The notes beneath the pieces were generated by a model. It was not told the origin of the DNA. It ran no database searches and was given only the letters and a program-made list of their open reading frames with translations. A stretch of DNA of 64,000 nucleotides, taken from the NCBI GenBank assembly GCA_963768855.1, contig CAVYJM010000006.1:576001-640000 (forward strand). The letters run 5' to 3'. Made by a program: the position numbers and the translations under genes. Numbering within the stretch: position 1 is the first letter of the stretch; every line of letters starts with the position of its first letter. This document shows positions 9,134 through 18,372 of this stretch, piece after piece. This stretch comes from an uncultured Thermoplasmata archaeon (GTDB lineage: Archaea; Thermoplasmatota; Thermoplasmata; RBG-16-68-12).

Positions 9134-11755
9134 ATGGTCTCTCCGGCTCCGTCCGCAGTCGCCTGGCATGCCCGTTCGGCTCCGGATGCGGTGACCTCGC
9201 TCCAGGGAGACGCGTCCGCGGGTCTCTCCGAGTCGGACGCCGGCTCGCGCCTCGACCGGTACGGCCCGAATCGGCTCCGCCCGGTCGAGCACGAATCCTT
9301 CTGGGCGGAGTATCTCGAGGAGCTGACGGAGCCGATGATCCTGCTCCTCCTGGTGACGGGCGTCCTCTACTCGATCCTCGGCACCCTGGCCGACGCGGTC
9401 ACGATCTTCGCGATCATCTTCACCCTCGTGGCCCTCGAGGTCGTCAACGAGCAGCGTGCGGGCAAGGCCATCGACGCGCTCCGCGAGCTCGCCGAGCCGA
9501 CCGCGGCGGTGGTCCGGGACGGCCGACGACAGGAAGTGCCCGCGGAGCGCCTGGTCCCCGGGGACCTCCTCGTGCTCGAGGCCGGACGCCGGGTGCCTGC
9601 GGACGCGCGGCTCGTCGAGTCGAACCGCCTCGGGGCGTCCGAGGCCTCCCTCACCGGGGAATCCGTCCCCGTGGACAAGGACGCGGGAATCGTGCTGCCC
9701 GCCGATGCGCCGCTCGCCGAACGCCGCAACCTCGTGTTCGCGGGAACCACCGTCGTCCGCGGGCGGGGCACCGCGGTAATCGTCGCGACGGGGATGGGCA
9801 CGGAGCTCGGCCGGATCGCGAAGCTCGCTCAGGAGGTCGAGGAGCCCAAGACCCCGCTCCAGGTCGCGATGGCGGACCTCACGAAGTACCTCGTCTTCGT
9901 TGCCGTGGGCTTCAGCGTCCTGGTCCCCGTCCTGGGCTGGCTCCTCGCCGGCGAGGACCCGAGGACGATGGTCCTCACCGGCCTCTCCCTCGCGTTCGTC
10001 ACGATCCCCGAGGAGTTGCCCATCCTCATCACGATGGTCCTCGCCCTCGGCGCCTTCCGCCTCTCCCGCCGCCACGCGATCGCGAAACGCCTGCGCGCGG
10101 TCGAGACCCTCGGCGGCGTCACGGTCATCGCGACGGACAAGACCGGGACGCTCACGGAAAACCGCATGGAAGTCAGCCGGTTCTTCCCCGAGCAGGCGAA
10201 GCGCTTGCTCCTCGAGGCGGGCGTGCTCTGCAACGATGCCGTCCTCGACGGCAGCGCGGGCCTGGGGGACCCGCTCGAGGTCGCCCTGATCCGCGCCGCG
10301 GCCTCCGACGGGTTGGATGCGGCGGTCTTTCGCAAGGCCCACCCGATCCATGATGAGTACTCGTTCGACAACGAGCGCAAGCGGATGTCCGTGGTCGTGT
10401 CCGAGGACCGCGGCCTCCGGGTCGTCGTGAAGGGAGCCCCCGAATCGCTCCTCGCGGCGTGCTCCCGTCGCTGGACCGCGGACGGGGCCCGGCCGCTGAC
10501 CGATGCGGACCGCCTCCTCATCCTGACGTCGGCCGCATCCCTTGCGGGATCGGGGCAACGGGTGCTCGGTTTCGGAGAGAAACGCGTCCCGGTCGGTCCG
10601 ATTGCGGAGGCCCAGGTGGAGTCCGACCTCACGTTCCTGGGGCTCATCGGGCTCGCCGATCCGCCGCGGCCCGAAGCGCGCTCCTCCATCGAGGCGTGCC
10701 GTGCGGCCGGCGTGCGTCCGATCATGGTCACGGGGGACCACCCGCTCACCGCCCAGGCAATCGCCGCCCAGATCGGGCTCGCGGGGGACCGCGTCGTCAC
10801 CGGCTCCGAGCTGGACGGCCTGTCGGACCCGCAGCTGCAGGAGACCGTTCGCGAGGTCTCGATCTACGCGCGCACGACGCCGGAGCACAAATTGCGGATC
10901 GTGAAGGCCCTTCATGCGGGCGGCGAGCGCGTCGCGGTCACCGGGGATGGGATCAACGACGCGCCCGCCCTGGCGGCCGCGGACATCGGGGTGGCGATGG
11001 GGGAGACCGGGACCGACGTCGCCCGGGAGGCCGCCGACCTCGTGCTCGCCGACGACAACTTCGCGACGATCGTCCAGGCGGTCCGGGAGGGCCGCATCCT
11101 CTTCGCGAACCTGCGGAAGGCGGTCCGCTACTACCTCGCCTGCAAGGTCGCGGTCGTCGCGATCACGCTCCTCCCCGTCCTCCTGCGCGTCCCGATCCCC
11201 TTCGCCCCCATCCAGCTCATCGTGCTCGAGCTGTTCATGGACCTCGCGGCCTCCGCGACCTTCGTGGCCGAGCCGCCGGAACGGGATCTCATGCACCATC
11301 CGCCGCGCGACCCGCACGTCCGGTTCATGGATCGGTCGATGGTCCTCAGCATCTTCGCCTCTGCCACCGGACTCTTCCTCGCCGTCTCGCTCGCCTACCT
11401 CCTGACGTACTACGCTGGCGCGCCCCTGGGCGTGGCCCAGACGACTGCGTTCGTCACGTGGCTCATGGGCCACGTGTTCCTCGCCCTGAACCTGCGGTCC
11501 GAGCGGGAGCCGCTGCTCCGGATCGGCGTGTTCTCGAACCGCCTCATGGTCCTATGGGGCGCGGCCGCGATCCTGTTCGCGGTCTTCGCGTCCCTGACCC
11601 CGGGGGTCCAAGAGGTGTTGCGGACCACCGCCCTGGGCCCGGTCCAGTGGGCCCTCGCGTTGGCCCTCGCACTCCTTGGGACTTTCTGGATCGAGGTCCG
11701 CAAGTGGCTCGTGGCGCCCCACGCCGGTATCGCCGCGGAAGTGCGGGCGACCTAA
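9134..11755 (+). CDS. P2-type cation-transporting P-type ATPase
   Basis: LTGES, DKTGTLT, KGAPE, DPPR, VTGDH, GDGINDAPAL; TM4 motif PEEL. Confidence 0.95.
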   Translation: MVSPAPSAVAWHARSAPDAVTSLQGDASAGLSESDAGSRLDRYGPNRLRPVEHESFWAEYLEELTEPMILLLLVTGVLYSILGTLADAVTIFAIIFTLVALEVVNEQRAGKAIDALRELAEPTAAVVRDGRRQEVPAERLVPGDLLVLEAGRRVPADARLVESNRLGASEASLTGESVPVDKDAGIVLPADAPLAERRNLVFAGTTVVRGRGTAVIVATGMGTELGRIAKLAQEVEEPKTPLQVAMADLTKYLVFVAVGFSVLVPVLGWLLAGEDPRTMVLTGLSLAFVTIPEELPILITMVLALGAFRLSRRHAIAKRLRAVETLGGVTVIATDKTGTLTENRMEVSRFFPEQAKRLLLEAGVLCNDAVLDGSAGLGDPLEVALIRAAASDGLDAAVFRKAHPIHDEYSFDNERKRMSVVVSEDRGLRVVVKGAPESLLAACSRRWTADGARPLTDADRLLILTSAASLAGSGQRVLGFGEKRVPVGPIAEAQVESDLTFLGLIGLADPPRPEARSSIEACRAAGVRPIMVTGDHPLTAQAIAAQIGLAGDRVVTGSELDGLSDPQLQETVREVSIYARTTPEHKLRIVKALHAGGERVAVTGDGINDAPALAAADIGVAMGETGTDVAREAADLVLADDNFATIVQAVREGRILFANLRKAVRYYLACKVAVVAITLLPVLLRVPIPFAPIQLIVLELFMDLAASATFVAEPPERDLMHHPPRDPHVRFMDRSMVLSIFASATGLFLAVSLAYLLTYYAGAPLGVAQTTAFVTWLMGHVFLALNLRSEREPLLRIGVFSNRLMVLWGAAAILFAVFASLTPGVQEVLRTTALGPVQWALALALALLGTFWIEVRKWLVAPHAGIAAEVRAT

Positions 11756-11833
11756 CGCTCAGCCTTTTAGTCCTCGTCCGGCTACGCCAGAGGAACCCGC
11801 TATCTCCCAGCCGCATCCCTCCGAGGCCTGAGT

Positions 11834-13171
11834 ATGTTCCTGCAAGACTGGTGGTATACCACGATGATGGGCACGCCGCTGGCGCTCGAGCCCCCGCTCA
11901 AGGGTGACGTGAAGACGGATGTGCTCATCGTCGGCGCGGGCGCCGCGGGTCTCGCGGCTGCACTCCAGCTCATGGATAAAGGCCTCGATGTCACGGTCAT
12001 CGACAAGAACATCTGCGGCGGGAGCTCGACCGGGAAGAGCGCAGGGTTCCTGACGCCGGACAGCGAACTCGAGCTCTCCCAGATCCTCCGCCGGTACGGC
12101 CGCCAGGGGGCGAAGGACCTGTGGGAGTGCGCTCAGTGGGGATGCGACCGGATCGCCTCGGTCATCCAGGAGCACGGGATCGACGCGGACCTCCAGCGCC
12201 AGGACTGCCTCTTCCTTGGGGAGGGCCGCGGCGGACCCAAGGAGATCCGCGACGAGCTCGCGGCTCGGCGGTCCATGGGCTATGAGGTCCAGGGGTATTC
12301 GGCGTCGGAGCTGCCTTCGGTCGTGGGCGCCTCCGGGTTCACCGGGGCCGTGCGCTACAAGAACACGACCGGTGTGAACGCCCTCCGGTACGCGCAGGGC
12401 GTGAAGAAGATCCTCGTGGACCACGGCGTCCACGTGTACGAGTCCACGGAGGCGATCGGGCTCAAGGATCACCGGGTCGCGACCCACCTGGGAAGCGTGA
12501 CCGCGGACAACATCCTCTTCTGCGCGGACAAGCTGAACCGCAACCTGACGGAGCACTTCTGGAACTACTACTACGCGCAGACGTTCCTGTCGATCAGCGA
12601 GCCGCTCCAGCCCCACGAGGTGAAGGCGATGTTCCCCGTGGAACCGTTCATGTGCTGGGACTCCCACTTCATCTACGCGTACTGGCGGTTGACGGGGGAC
12701 AACCGCATCCTCCTCGGCGGCGGTAGCCTCTGGGCTACGTACGCGCGGAACGACACGTGGGCGGACCGCATCATCGACCGCGTCATCCGCCGCTTCCGGA
12801 GCCACTGGCCTTCGGTTTCCCACGTGCACTTCCGTCAGTTCTGGATGGGCCGCATCGACATGACGCGGGACCTCATGCCGACCGTCCTCCGCGAGCCGAA
12901 GACGCCCTGGGTTCACTACGTGCTCGGCTGTGTCGGCCTCCCGTGGGCGACGTTCTGCGGCGACTTCGTCGCGCGCCACGTCCTGAGCGAGGAGCAGCAG
13001 GACGACCAGCGCTTCTACCGCTACTTCAGCATCGACCGTGGCTTCGCGATCCCGCTCTGGGCGGAGAAGATCCTCGGGAAACGCATCTCGTACGTTGCGA
13101 ACCAGGCGTACGCGAAGTATCGGCAGGTGGACCAAGACAAGCCCACAGAAGAACGAACGGGCGAGTTCTGA
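11834..13171 (+). CDS. FAD-dependent oxidoreductase (DAO/PuuB-like)
   Basis: 'DVLIVGAGAAGLAAA' Rossmann motif, 'GGSSTGKSAG', 'YWRLTGDNRILLGG'. Confidence 0.85.
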   Translation: MFLQDWWYTTMMGTPLALEPPLKGDVKTDVLIVGAGAAGLAAALQLMDKGLDVTVIDKNICGGSSTGKSAGFLTPDSELELSQILRRYGRQGAKDLWECAQWGCDRIASVIQEHGIDADLQRQDCLFLGEGRGGPKEIRDELAARRSMGYEVQGYSASELPSVVGASGFTGAVRYKNTTGVNALRYAQGVKKILVDHGVHVYESTEAIGLKDHRVATHLGSVTADNILFCADKLNRNLTEHFWNYYYAQTFLSISEPLQPHEVKAMFPVEPFMCWDSHFIYAYWRLTGDNRILLGGGSLWATYARNDTWADRIIDRVIRRFRSHWPSVSHVHFRQFWMGRIDMTRDLMPTVLREPKTPWVHYVLGCVGLPWATFCGDFVARHVLSEEQQDDQRFYRYFSIDRGFAIPLWAEKILGKRISYVANQAYAKYRQVDQDKPTEERTGEF

Positions 13172-13187
13172 TTTCGGGCCAGGGTCG

Positions 13188-13200
13188 GAAGCTATTTAAG
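13188..13200 (+). promoter_or_regulatory. BRE/TATA-like promoter of eL41
   Basis: GGAAGC-TATTTAAG about 30 nt upstream of ATG 13231. Confidence 0.55.
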
Positions 13201-13230
13201 AGGCCCTTGGTTACGGCGGCGCGTCATCCC

Positions 13231-13338
13231 ATGAAACGCAGCTCGCGCGCATGGAAGAAGCGCGGCAAGATGCGCTGGAAGTGGCGCAAGAAGCGAATGC
13301 GCCGCCGCAAGCGCGAGCAGAAGATGCGTCAGCGCTGA
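13231..13338 (+). CDS. rpl41e: ribosomal protein eL41 (L41e/eS32), 35 aa
   Basis: MKRSSRAWKKRGKMRWKWRKKRMRRRKREQKMRQR contains the 'MRWKWRKKRMRR' core; too short to be listed on its own in the ORF track. Confidence 0.9.
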   Translation: MKRSSRAWKKRGKMRWKWRKKRMRRRKREQKMRQR

Positions 13339-13457
13339 GGCGTTTCCTGGGCCTTCTCGGCCATCGGGTCCTTCCTGTCCAGCGGAGCGGTTGGCGTCTC
13401 TTGTACGCAAAGATAGATGTAGGGCGGGAAACTTCCGCGGCCCTGCATCGAACCCAT

Positions 13458-13634
13458 GGGGACGTAGTTTAGCCTGGTAGAATTACGGGCTCCAGTCATG
13501 GGCGTGATTGCGAACGGGTTTGCTGATCCGGTGATGACTGACTGGAGCGCGGACCCATGATTCGCAGAACGGGCGTGGGTCGCTCCCCGCCCGGGAGAAA
13601 CCCGTCGATCAGGGTTCAAATCCCTGCGTCCCCA
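13458..13634 (+). tRNA. tRNA-Trp(CCA) with a 104-nt intron at position 37/38
   Basis: Exon 1 13458-13495 (GGGGACG...ACGGG-CT-CCA-G), exon 2 13600-13634 (A-CCCGT...GGTTCAAATCC...CGTCCCC-A); intron GGAG pairs with CTCC to form the BHB central helix. Confidence 0.95.
13496..13599 (+). ncRNA. intron-encoded box C/D guide sRNA
   Basis: Box C-like GTGATTG, guide ACGGGTTT + D' CTGA, C' GTGATGA, guide TGACTGGAGC + variant D CGGA; terminal stem TCATGGG/CCCATGA. Confidence 0.85.
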
Positions 13635-13883
13635 CTTTTCCCACGTGCGGTCCCGCTGGCCTCGAGCCAGATCGCTGGAGGATCTGCGTCAAGTCCTCGA
13701 ACGCGCCGGCGGATGCCTGCGTTCCGGGTTTGGCGCAAGGACGGGCGTTGCCACCACTCCAATCGTTGAATCGCCGCCCGGCCCGCTCAGGAAGCCGTAC
13801 GGTTGCCGATGGAGTGCGGCACCTGAGGCCGCCGGGAAATTCACCCTCGTTCCAAGGTGAGCCAGGGTCCGGGAGGACGGCGA

Positions 13884-14945
13884 CTACCTTGCCGGTGCGA
13901 CTGCCTGGAGCTGCTCGGCGACTCCCTTGGCCACGCGGATTGCAGCCTCGTAGTCGCCCGCCTCGATTGCGTCGCGCGCGGACTTGACCGTCTTCCGAAT
14001 GTCGTTCACCTTCCAGCCGGCATCGCGGGCACGCTTCCACGCCTCGATCGCCCGCGACAGTCGCTCCGTGGCCTCCGCCTTGGTCGCGCCGGGTTTGGTC
14101 TCCTTCTCCTCGGAAACCTCCTCTTGGACGGGGACCACGATGGGCGCCGCGGCCGGTTCGGGCTCCGGCGTGGCCTCGGGCACCGGTGGGGGCGTTACGG
14201 GCTCCGGGTTTGCCGGAGGCGGGGTCCGCGGGACGGGAGCCTCTTCTTCCTTGGGCACGTCCTCCGCGATCTGGAGGGCCGTGGAGAGGTATTTCTCGAC
14301 CTCTCGGAGGCTCTTCTCCTTCGTCGCGAGCGCCTCGTGCTCGGCGAGCAAGCGGTTCACTTCCGCCTTGAACGAGTCCTTGAGGGCGGCCAGGGATTCA
14401 TGTTGCTGGGCGAGCTCGCTCTGCCGCGCGTGCATCGCCTCACCGATGGTCTGGAGCTCCTTGCCGCGAGAATCGAACGCCTCGAGCCAGTCCGTCTGCA
14501 ACCGGATGAGCTCCTGCTGACGCTCGAGGAGGTTGTGAAGCTTCGACTCGGATTCCGTCATCTGTCCCGCGAGCGCGTGCTCGAGCCGCTCGACCCGCTC
14601 CTCCTCGGTGCGGACCGTCCTCTCGCGCTCATCGAGCGCGTTCAGCTGACCCCGCAGCTGTTCGGTATCCTTCGCCAGGCTTTCCCGACCGTCGGTGATC
14701 GCAGCGAGGTCTCTCTCGAGCGATGCGCGAACGTCTTGGAGGCTCTCCTTCTCCCGCTGAACAGCCTCCTGGTCTCCCGCGAGCTTGGCCGCTCGACCCT
14801 CCAGCTCCGCGCGCTGCACGTCGAGCTGCACTTTGATGCCATCGAGTTCTTTGGCGCGGGCTTCCAGGGCGGATTGTCTCTCCTTGAGCTTCGAGGCGGA
14901 GGCTTTCACGGCGTCGATGAGGGGAGGGGGTGTGTCGCTCGACAT
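13884..14945 (-). CDS. long coiled-coil protein with Pro-rich linker and C-terminal helical domain (paralog 1)
   Basis: ~240 aa of heptad-like E/K/R/L/A sequence, PEP-rich linker, tail 'IRKTVKSARDAIEAGDYEAA'; similar to 24297..25457. Confidence 0.85.
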   Translation of the reverse strand: MSSDTPPPLIDAVKASASKLKERQSALEARAKELDGIKVQLDVQRAELEGRAAKLAGDQEAVQREKESLQDVRASLERDLAAITDGRESLAKDTEQLRGQLNALDERERTVRTEEERVERLEHALAGQMTESESKLHNLLERQQELIRLQTDWLEAFDSRGKELQTIGEAMHARQSELAQQHESLAALKDSFKAEVNRLLAEHEALATKEKSLREVEKYLSTALQIAEDVPKEEEAPVPRTPPPANPEPVTPPPVPEATPEPEPAAAPIVVPVQEEVSEEKETKPGATKAEATERLSRAIEAWKRARDAGWKVNDIRKTVKSARDAIEAGDYEAAIRVAKGVAEQLQAVAPAR

Positions 14946-15183
14946 CGCAGGTCACTGTCGCTGGGTCGCGGCTTCCACACGTTGGAGCACGGCTATTTAA
15001 CGGGTCGGCCCAGGGAATCGGGAGCGAGAAGAACCGGGGTCGAGTCCCGCCGGCGGAACCCGCGTCCGTACGCCGTTTCCTGGCTCCGTCTTCCCTGACC
15101 GTGGCCGTGGGAGAGGAGCGTCCGGCGGGGGACGTGTGTGGCCTCGCGCCTGGCGACCGTCCTTCCTGCGAATCCGGCGGGGC

Positions 15184-16494
15184 CTATCGCCTCTGCCGGG
15201 CGCGCCTCGAGGTTAGGATCCACGAGGACCCCAGCCCAAGCCCGACGATTGCGAGGCTCGCGACGAGCAGCGTGCCGATGAACGGGAGCAGGGCGACGGA
15301 GACCGCCAGGGAGACCCAGGGCAGCACGCGCCGGGGACCTTTCTCCTTGAGCAAGCGGATGCCCGCGGCGGACCCGATGATGTACGCAAGGATCGCCGCG
15401 CCGCTGGTCATGAGGAACGCGGACTGGATGTCCACGTCCAGCACGTAGAAGGCGGTCAGGCTCAGGAGGACGAGCGTGATCAGGAAGAGCAGGGAGCCAC
15501 GGGGCGCCCCCGTTTCAGGGTGCAAGCGGGCGAGCGCGCTGGGGAAGACCCCGTCGCGCGCCGCCGCGAAGACGACTCGTGCCATCCCCGCCGTGTACGC
15601 GTTGACCGTGCCGAACGTGACGAACACCGCAAGGAGCGCCACGACCGTCCCACCATACGTCCCGAAGGCGTTCGCCATCATCTCCGCGAACGGCGTCACG
15701 CCGCCGCCGAACGTGTAGGCGCCCGTCCCGACGGTCACGAGCGCCACGGCGAGGTACAGGGTGCTGATGAGGGCCACGCTGATCACGACGCTCCGGTCGA
15801 AGTCCCGTTTCGGGTCCTTGAACTCCTCCGCGACATTCGACGTGTTCTCGTACCCGAGATAGGACCAGACGATCAGCGCGGCGGCGACCCCGATGGAGCT
15901 GGGCCCGCTCGGGAGGAAGGGCTCGAAGTTGGAGGGCGTGATCCTCGGCGCGGAGACCGCTACGGTCAGGACGAGGGCCCCGATGATCGCGGCGACCGTG
16001 ACGATCTGGATCCGCGCGCTGAACCGGATGCCGAGATAGTTGACCAGGAAGCCCGAGACGAGAAGGGCTCCCGCCACCAGGAAGATGTCCAGACGGGAGA
16101 GGGATGGGAAGGCGAACGCGACGTACGACGCCGCCGCGACGGTCGCCGCCGGCGCCCCCAAGACGTCCCAGGCCACGAAGAGCCAGGCAACCGCCGTGCT
16201 CACCCTCAGCCCGTACCCCTCGCGCGCGAAGGCGTAGATCCCGCCCGACTCCGGTTTCCGGGCGGACAGCTTCGCGAACGTGTACGCGAACGGATAGCTC
16301 GCGAGCGAGAGGAGGATCCAAGCGATGAGGGATGCGGGACCCGCGGCGCGGGCGGCGAGGCCGGGGATGATCAGGATCCCGGCACCCAGGACCGAGCTGA
16401 CGTAGATGGCCACGGCATGGGGGAGCGTGATCACCCGCCGGAGAGCCGGGCGGCTGCCCGCATCTTCGAGGGCGCTCACAGTCTGCGTCCCCAC
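15184..16494 (-). CDS. APC family amino acid permease
   Basis: 'SSVLGAGILIIPG', 'GGIYAFAREGYG', 'WSYLGYENTSNVAEEFKDPKRD'; ~12 hydrophobic segments. Confidence 0.9.
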   Translation of the reverse strand: MGTQTVSALEDAGSRPALRRVITLPHAVAIYVSSVLGAGILIIPGLAARAAGPASLIAWILLSLASYPFAYTFAKLSARKPESGGIYAFAREGYGLRVSTAVAWLFVAWDVLGAPAATVAAASYVAFAFPSLSRLDIFLVAGALLVSGFLVNYLGIRFSARIQIVTVAAIIGALVLTVAVSAPRITPSNFEPFLPSGPSSIGVAAALIVWSYLGYENTSNVAEEFKDPKRDFDRSVVISVALISTLYLAVALVTVGTGAYTFGGGVTPFAEMMANAFGTYGGTVVALLAVFVTFGTVNAYTAGMARVVFAAARDGVFPSALARLHPETGAPRGSLLFLITLVLLSLTAFYVLDVDIQSAFLMTSGAAILAYIIGSAAGIRLLKEKGPRRVLPWVSLAVSVALLPFIGTLLVASLAIVGLGLGSSWILTSRRARQRR

Positions 16495-16604
16495 CGCGTG
16501 ACTTCCTCCTTTGAGGGCCGCTTCTGCCCCACCGGGCGCTACGCGTTCGACCGCATAAGGCGATTGCCTTCAGACGACGGCCGGGGTGTTCGCACGGGAT
16601 TCCG

Positions 16605-18230
16605 TCAGAAGCCCATCGCGCACCCGTCTGCCCGCGGATCGCTGCCGCCGCAGAGCACTCCGGTGTGCGGGTCGCGCAGGATGATCTGGCCTCGACCGAA
16701 GACCGCGCGGTCCTGTCCGCTCACCCGCTCGACTCGGTGGCCTCGTGACTCGAGCTGTGCGACCGCGGAGGCGGGAATGCCCTCTTCCAGGAGCACCGTC
16801 CCCCCTGGCTCTCCTTCGTCGAGGCAAAGGCGCGGCCGGTCGAGCGCCGCCTGCGGGTCGAGCCCTTCGATCAGGGCCAGGAGGACCTGCACATGCCCCT
16901 GCGGCTGCATGAAGCCGCCCATGACGCCGAAGCAGGCGTACAGGGAGCCATCCGCATCCCGCGTCGCCATGGCGGGGATGATCGTGTGATACGGCCGCTT
17001 CCCCGGGGCGAGGCCGTTCGGATGCTTCGGGTCCAGAGAGAAGTTGGCCCCGCGGTTCTGGAGCGGGAAGCCCGTGCCCTCCGGCACGATGCCCGTCCCG
17101 AAGCCCATGTAGTTGCTGTTGATGAAGGAGCACGCGTTCCCTTGCCCGTCCACGACGCTGAAGTACACCGTGTCGTGCCCCGCGTCCAGCTTGCCGGGCC
17201 CGGCCTGGAGATTCGCCTTCTTCGGATCGATGAGGCGGGCGCGCATCCTTGCGTAGTCCTTCGCAAGGAGCGCGCGGGTCGGGACCTCCGCGTGGACGGG
17301 ATCCGCGATGTACCGGTGGGCATCCGCGAACGCGAGCCGGAGGGATTCGATCAGGAGATGAAGGCGCTCGACGCCGAGCGCGTCGTCCGGGAGCGTGAGC
17401 TCGGAGAGCAGGTTCAGGGCCAGGAGCGCGACGAGTCCCTGCCCGTTCGGCGGGCATTCCCATAGGCGGATTCCGCGGTAGGTCGTGTGGATCGGCTCGT
17501 CCCAGGTCGAGTGGTGGGCGGCGAGGTCCCCCGTCGTCATCACGCCACCGGACGCCTGCACGGCCGCCGCGATCTTCTTCGCGATCTCTCCCTCGTAGAA
17601 CGCCTCCTTGCCCTGCGCCGCGATCGCGCGGAAGGTGTGCGCGAGCCCGGGGTTCCGGAAGACCTCCCCGGCTTTCGGAGCCCGACCGTCGAGCAGGAGT
17701 TGCCTCCCGCCCAACGCCGAGGCGAGCTGCCGCTTCGCGCCGCCAGCCCAGTAGTACGCGGTGAGGGGAGCGACGGGGAATCCCGCCTCGGCCGCGCGGA
17801 TGGCGGGGGCGAGGATGCGCTCCATCGGGAGCGAGCCGTGCCGCTCGATCAGGTCGCACCAGCCCGCGCATGCGCCGGGGACCGTGACATTGTGCGCATG
17901 CAGCGGCGGGAGGTTCGGGACCAGGCCCTGCTCCCGCAGCAGGTCGATCGTCAGCCGCTGGGGTGCGCGCCCCGATCCGTTGAGGGCCGTGATCTTCCCC
18001 GAGCCCGCCTCGTAGAACAGCGCGAAACAGTCGCCGCCAAGGCCCGTCGAGGTCGGCTCCGTGAGCGCGAGCATGGCCGCGGTCGCGACGGCGGCGTCCG
18101 CGGCGTTTCCTCCCTCCCGCAGGGTCGCGACGCCCGCCTCCGTGGCGAGGGGCTGGCTCGAGGCCACCATGCCGTTCGTGGCGAAGACCGGCGACCGTCG
18201 TGAATCGAACGAGAGGGGGGGTTCGGACAT
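16605..18230 (-). CDS. ggt: gamma-glutamyltransferase family protein
   Basis: 'GGNAADAAVA', 'GLGGDCFAL', nucleophile 'HDTVYFSVVD', 'KRPYHTIIP', 'GGSDPRADG'; start set at MSEPPLSF. Confidence 0.93.
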   Translation of the reverse strand: MSEPPLSFDSRRSPVFATNGMVASSQPLATEAGVATLREGGNAADAAVATAAMLALTEPTSTGLGGDCFALFYEAGSGKITALNGSGRAPQRLTIDLLREQGLVPNLPPLHAHNVTVPGACAGWCDLIERHGSLPMERILAPAIRAAEAGFPVAPLTAYYWAGGAKRQLASALGGRQLLLDGRAPKAGEVFRNPGLAHTFRAIAAQGKEAFYEGEIAKKIAAAVQASGGVMTTGDLAAHHSTWDEPIHTTYRGIRLWECPPNGQGLVALLALNLLSELTLPDDALGVERLHLLIESLRLAFADAHRYIADPVHAEVPTRALLAKDYARMRARLIDPKKANLQAGPGKLDAGHDTVYFSVVDGQGNACSFINSNYMGFGTGIVPEGTGFPLQNRGANFSLDPKHPNGLAPGKRPYHTIIPAMATRDADGSLYACFGVMGGFMQPQGHVQVLLALIEGLDPQAALDRPRLCLDEGEPGGTVLLEEGIPASAVAQLESRGHRVERVSGQDRAVFGRGQIILRDPHTGVLCGGSDPRADGCAMGF

Positions 18231-18372
18231 GCCTCGACCGCGGGGATGGAATCCGCCTCCCCCTATATGCGGCCTTCCTGATTCTGCGGCCGGGTATGTT
18301 CGATGGGGCCGATTCGTCAACCCATACGTACGGCGGGTTTATATCACGGCCTTTTCCCTTCATCTCGGTGCC

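Noticed and set aside
8636-11473. 945-aa minus-strand ORF and similar long ORFs (22643..24238, 30192..31988, 50859..54044, 3928..5520)
   Set aside because: Antisense or off-frame shadows of well-supported genes; R/G/P-rich, motif-free, expected at this GC content
13635-13883. 250-bp gap after tRNA-Trp as an integration scar or small gene (13645..13860)
   Set aside because: No integrase, no second copy of the tRNA 3' end found, mixed codon usage, no recognisable RNA family motif; unexplained but unsupported
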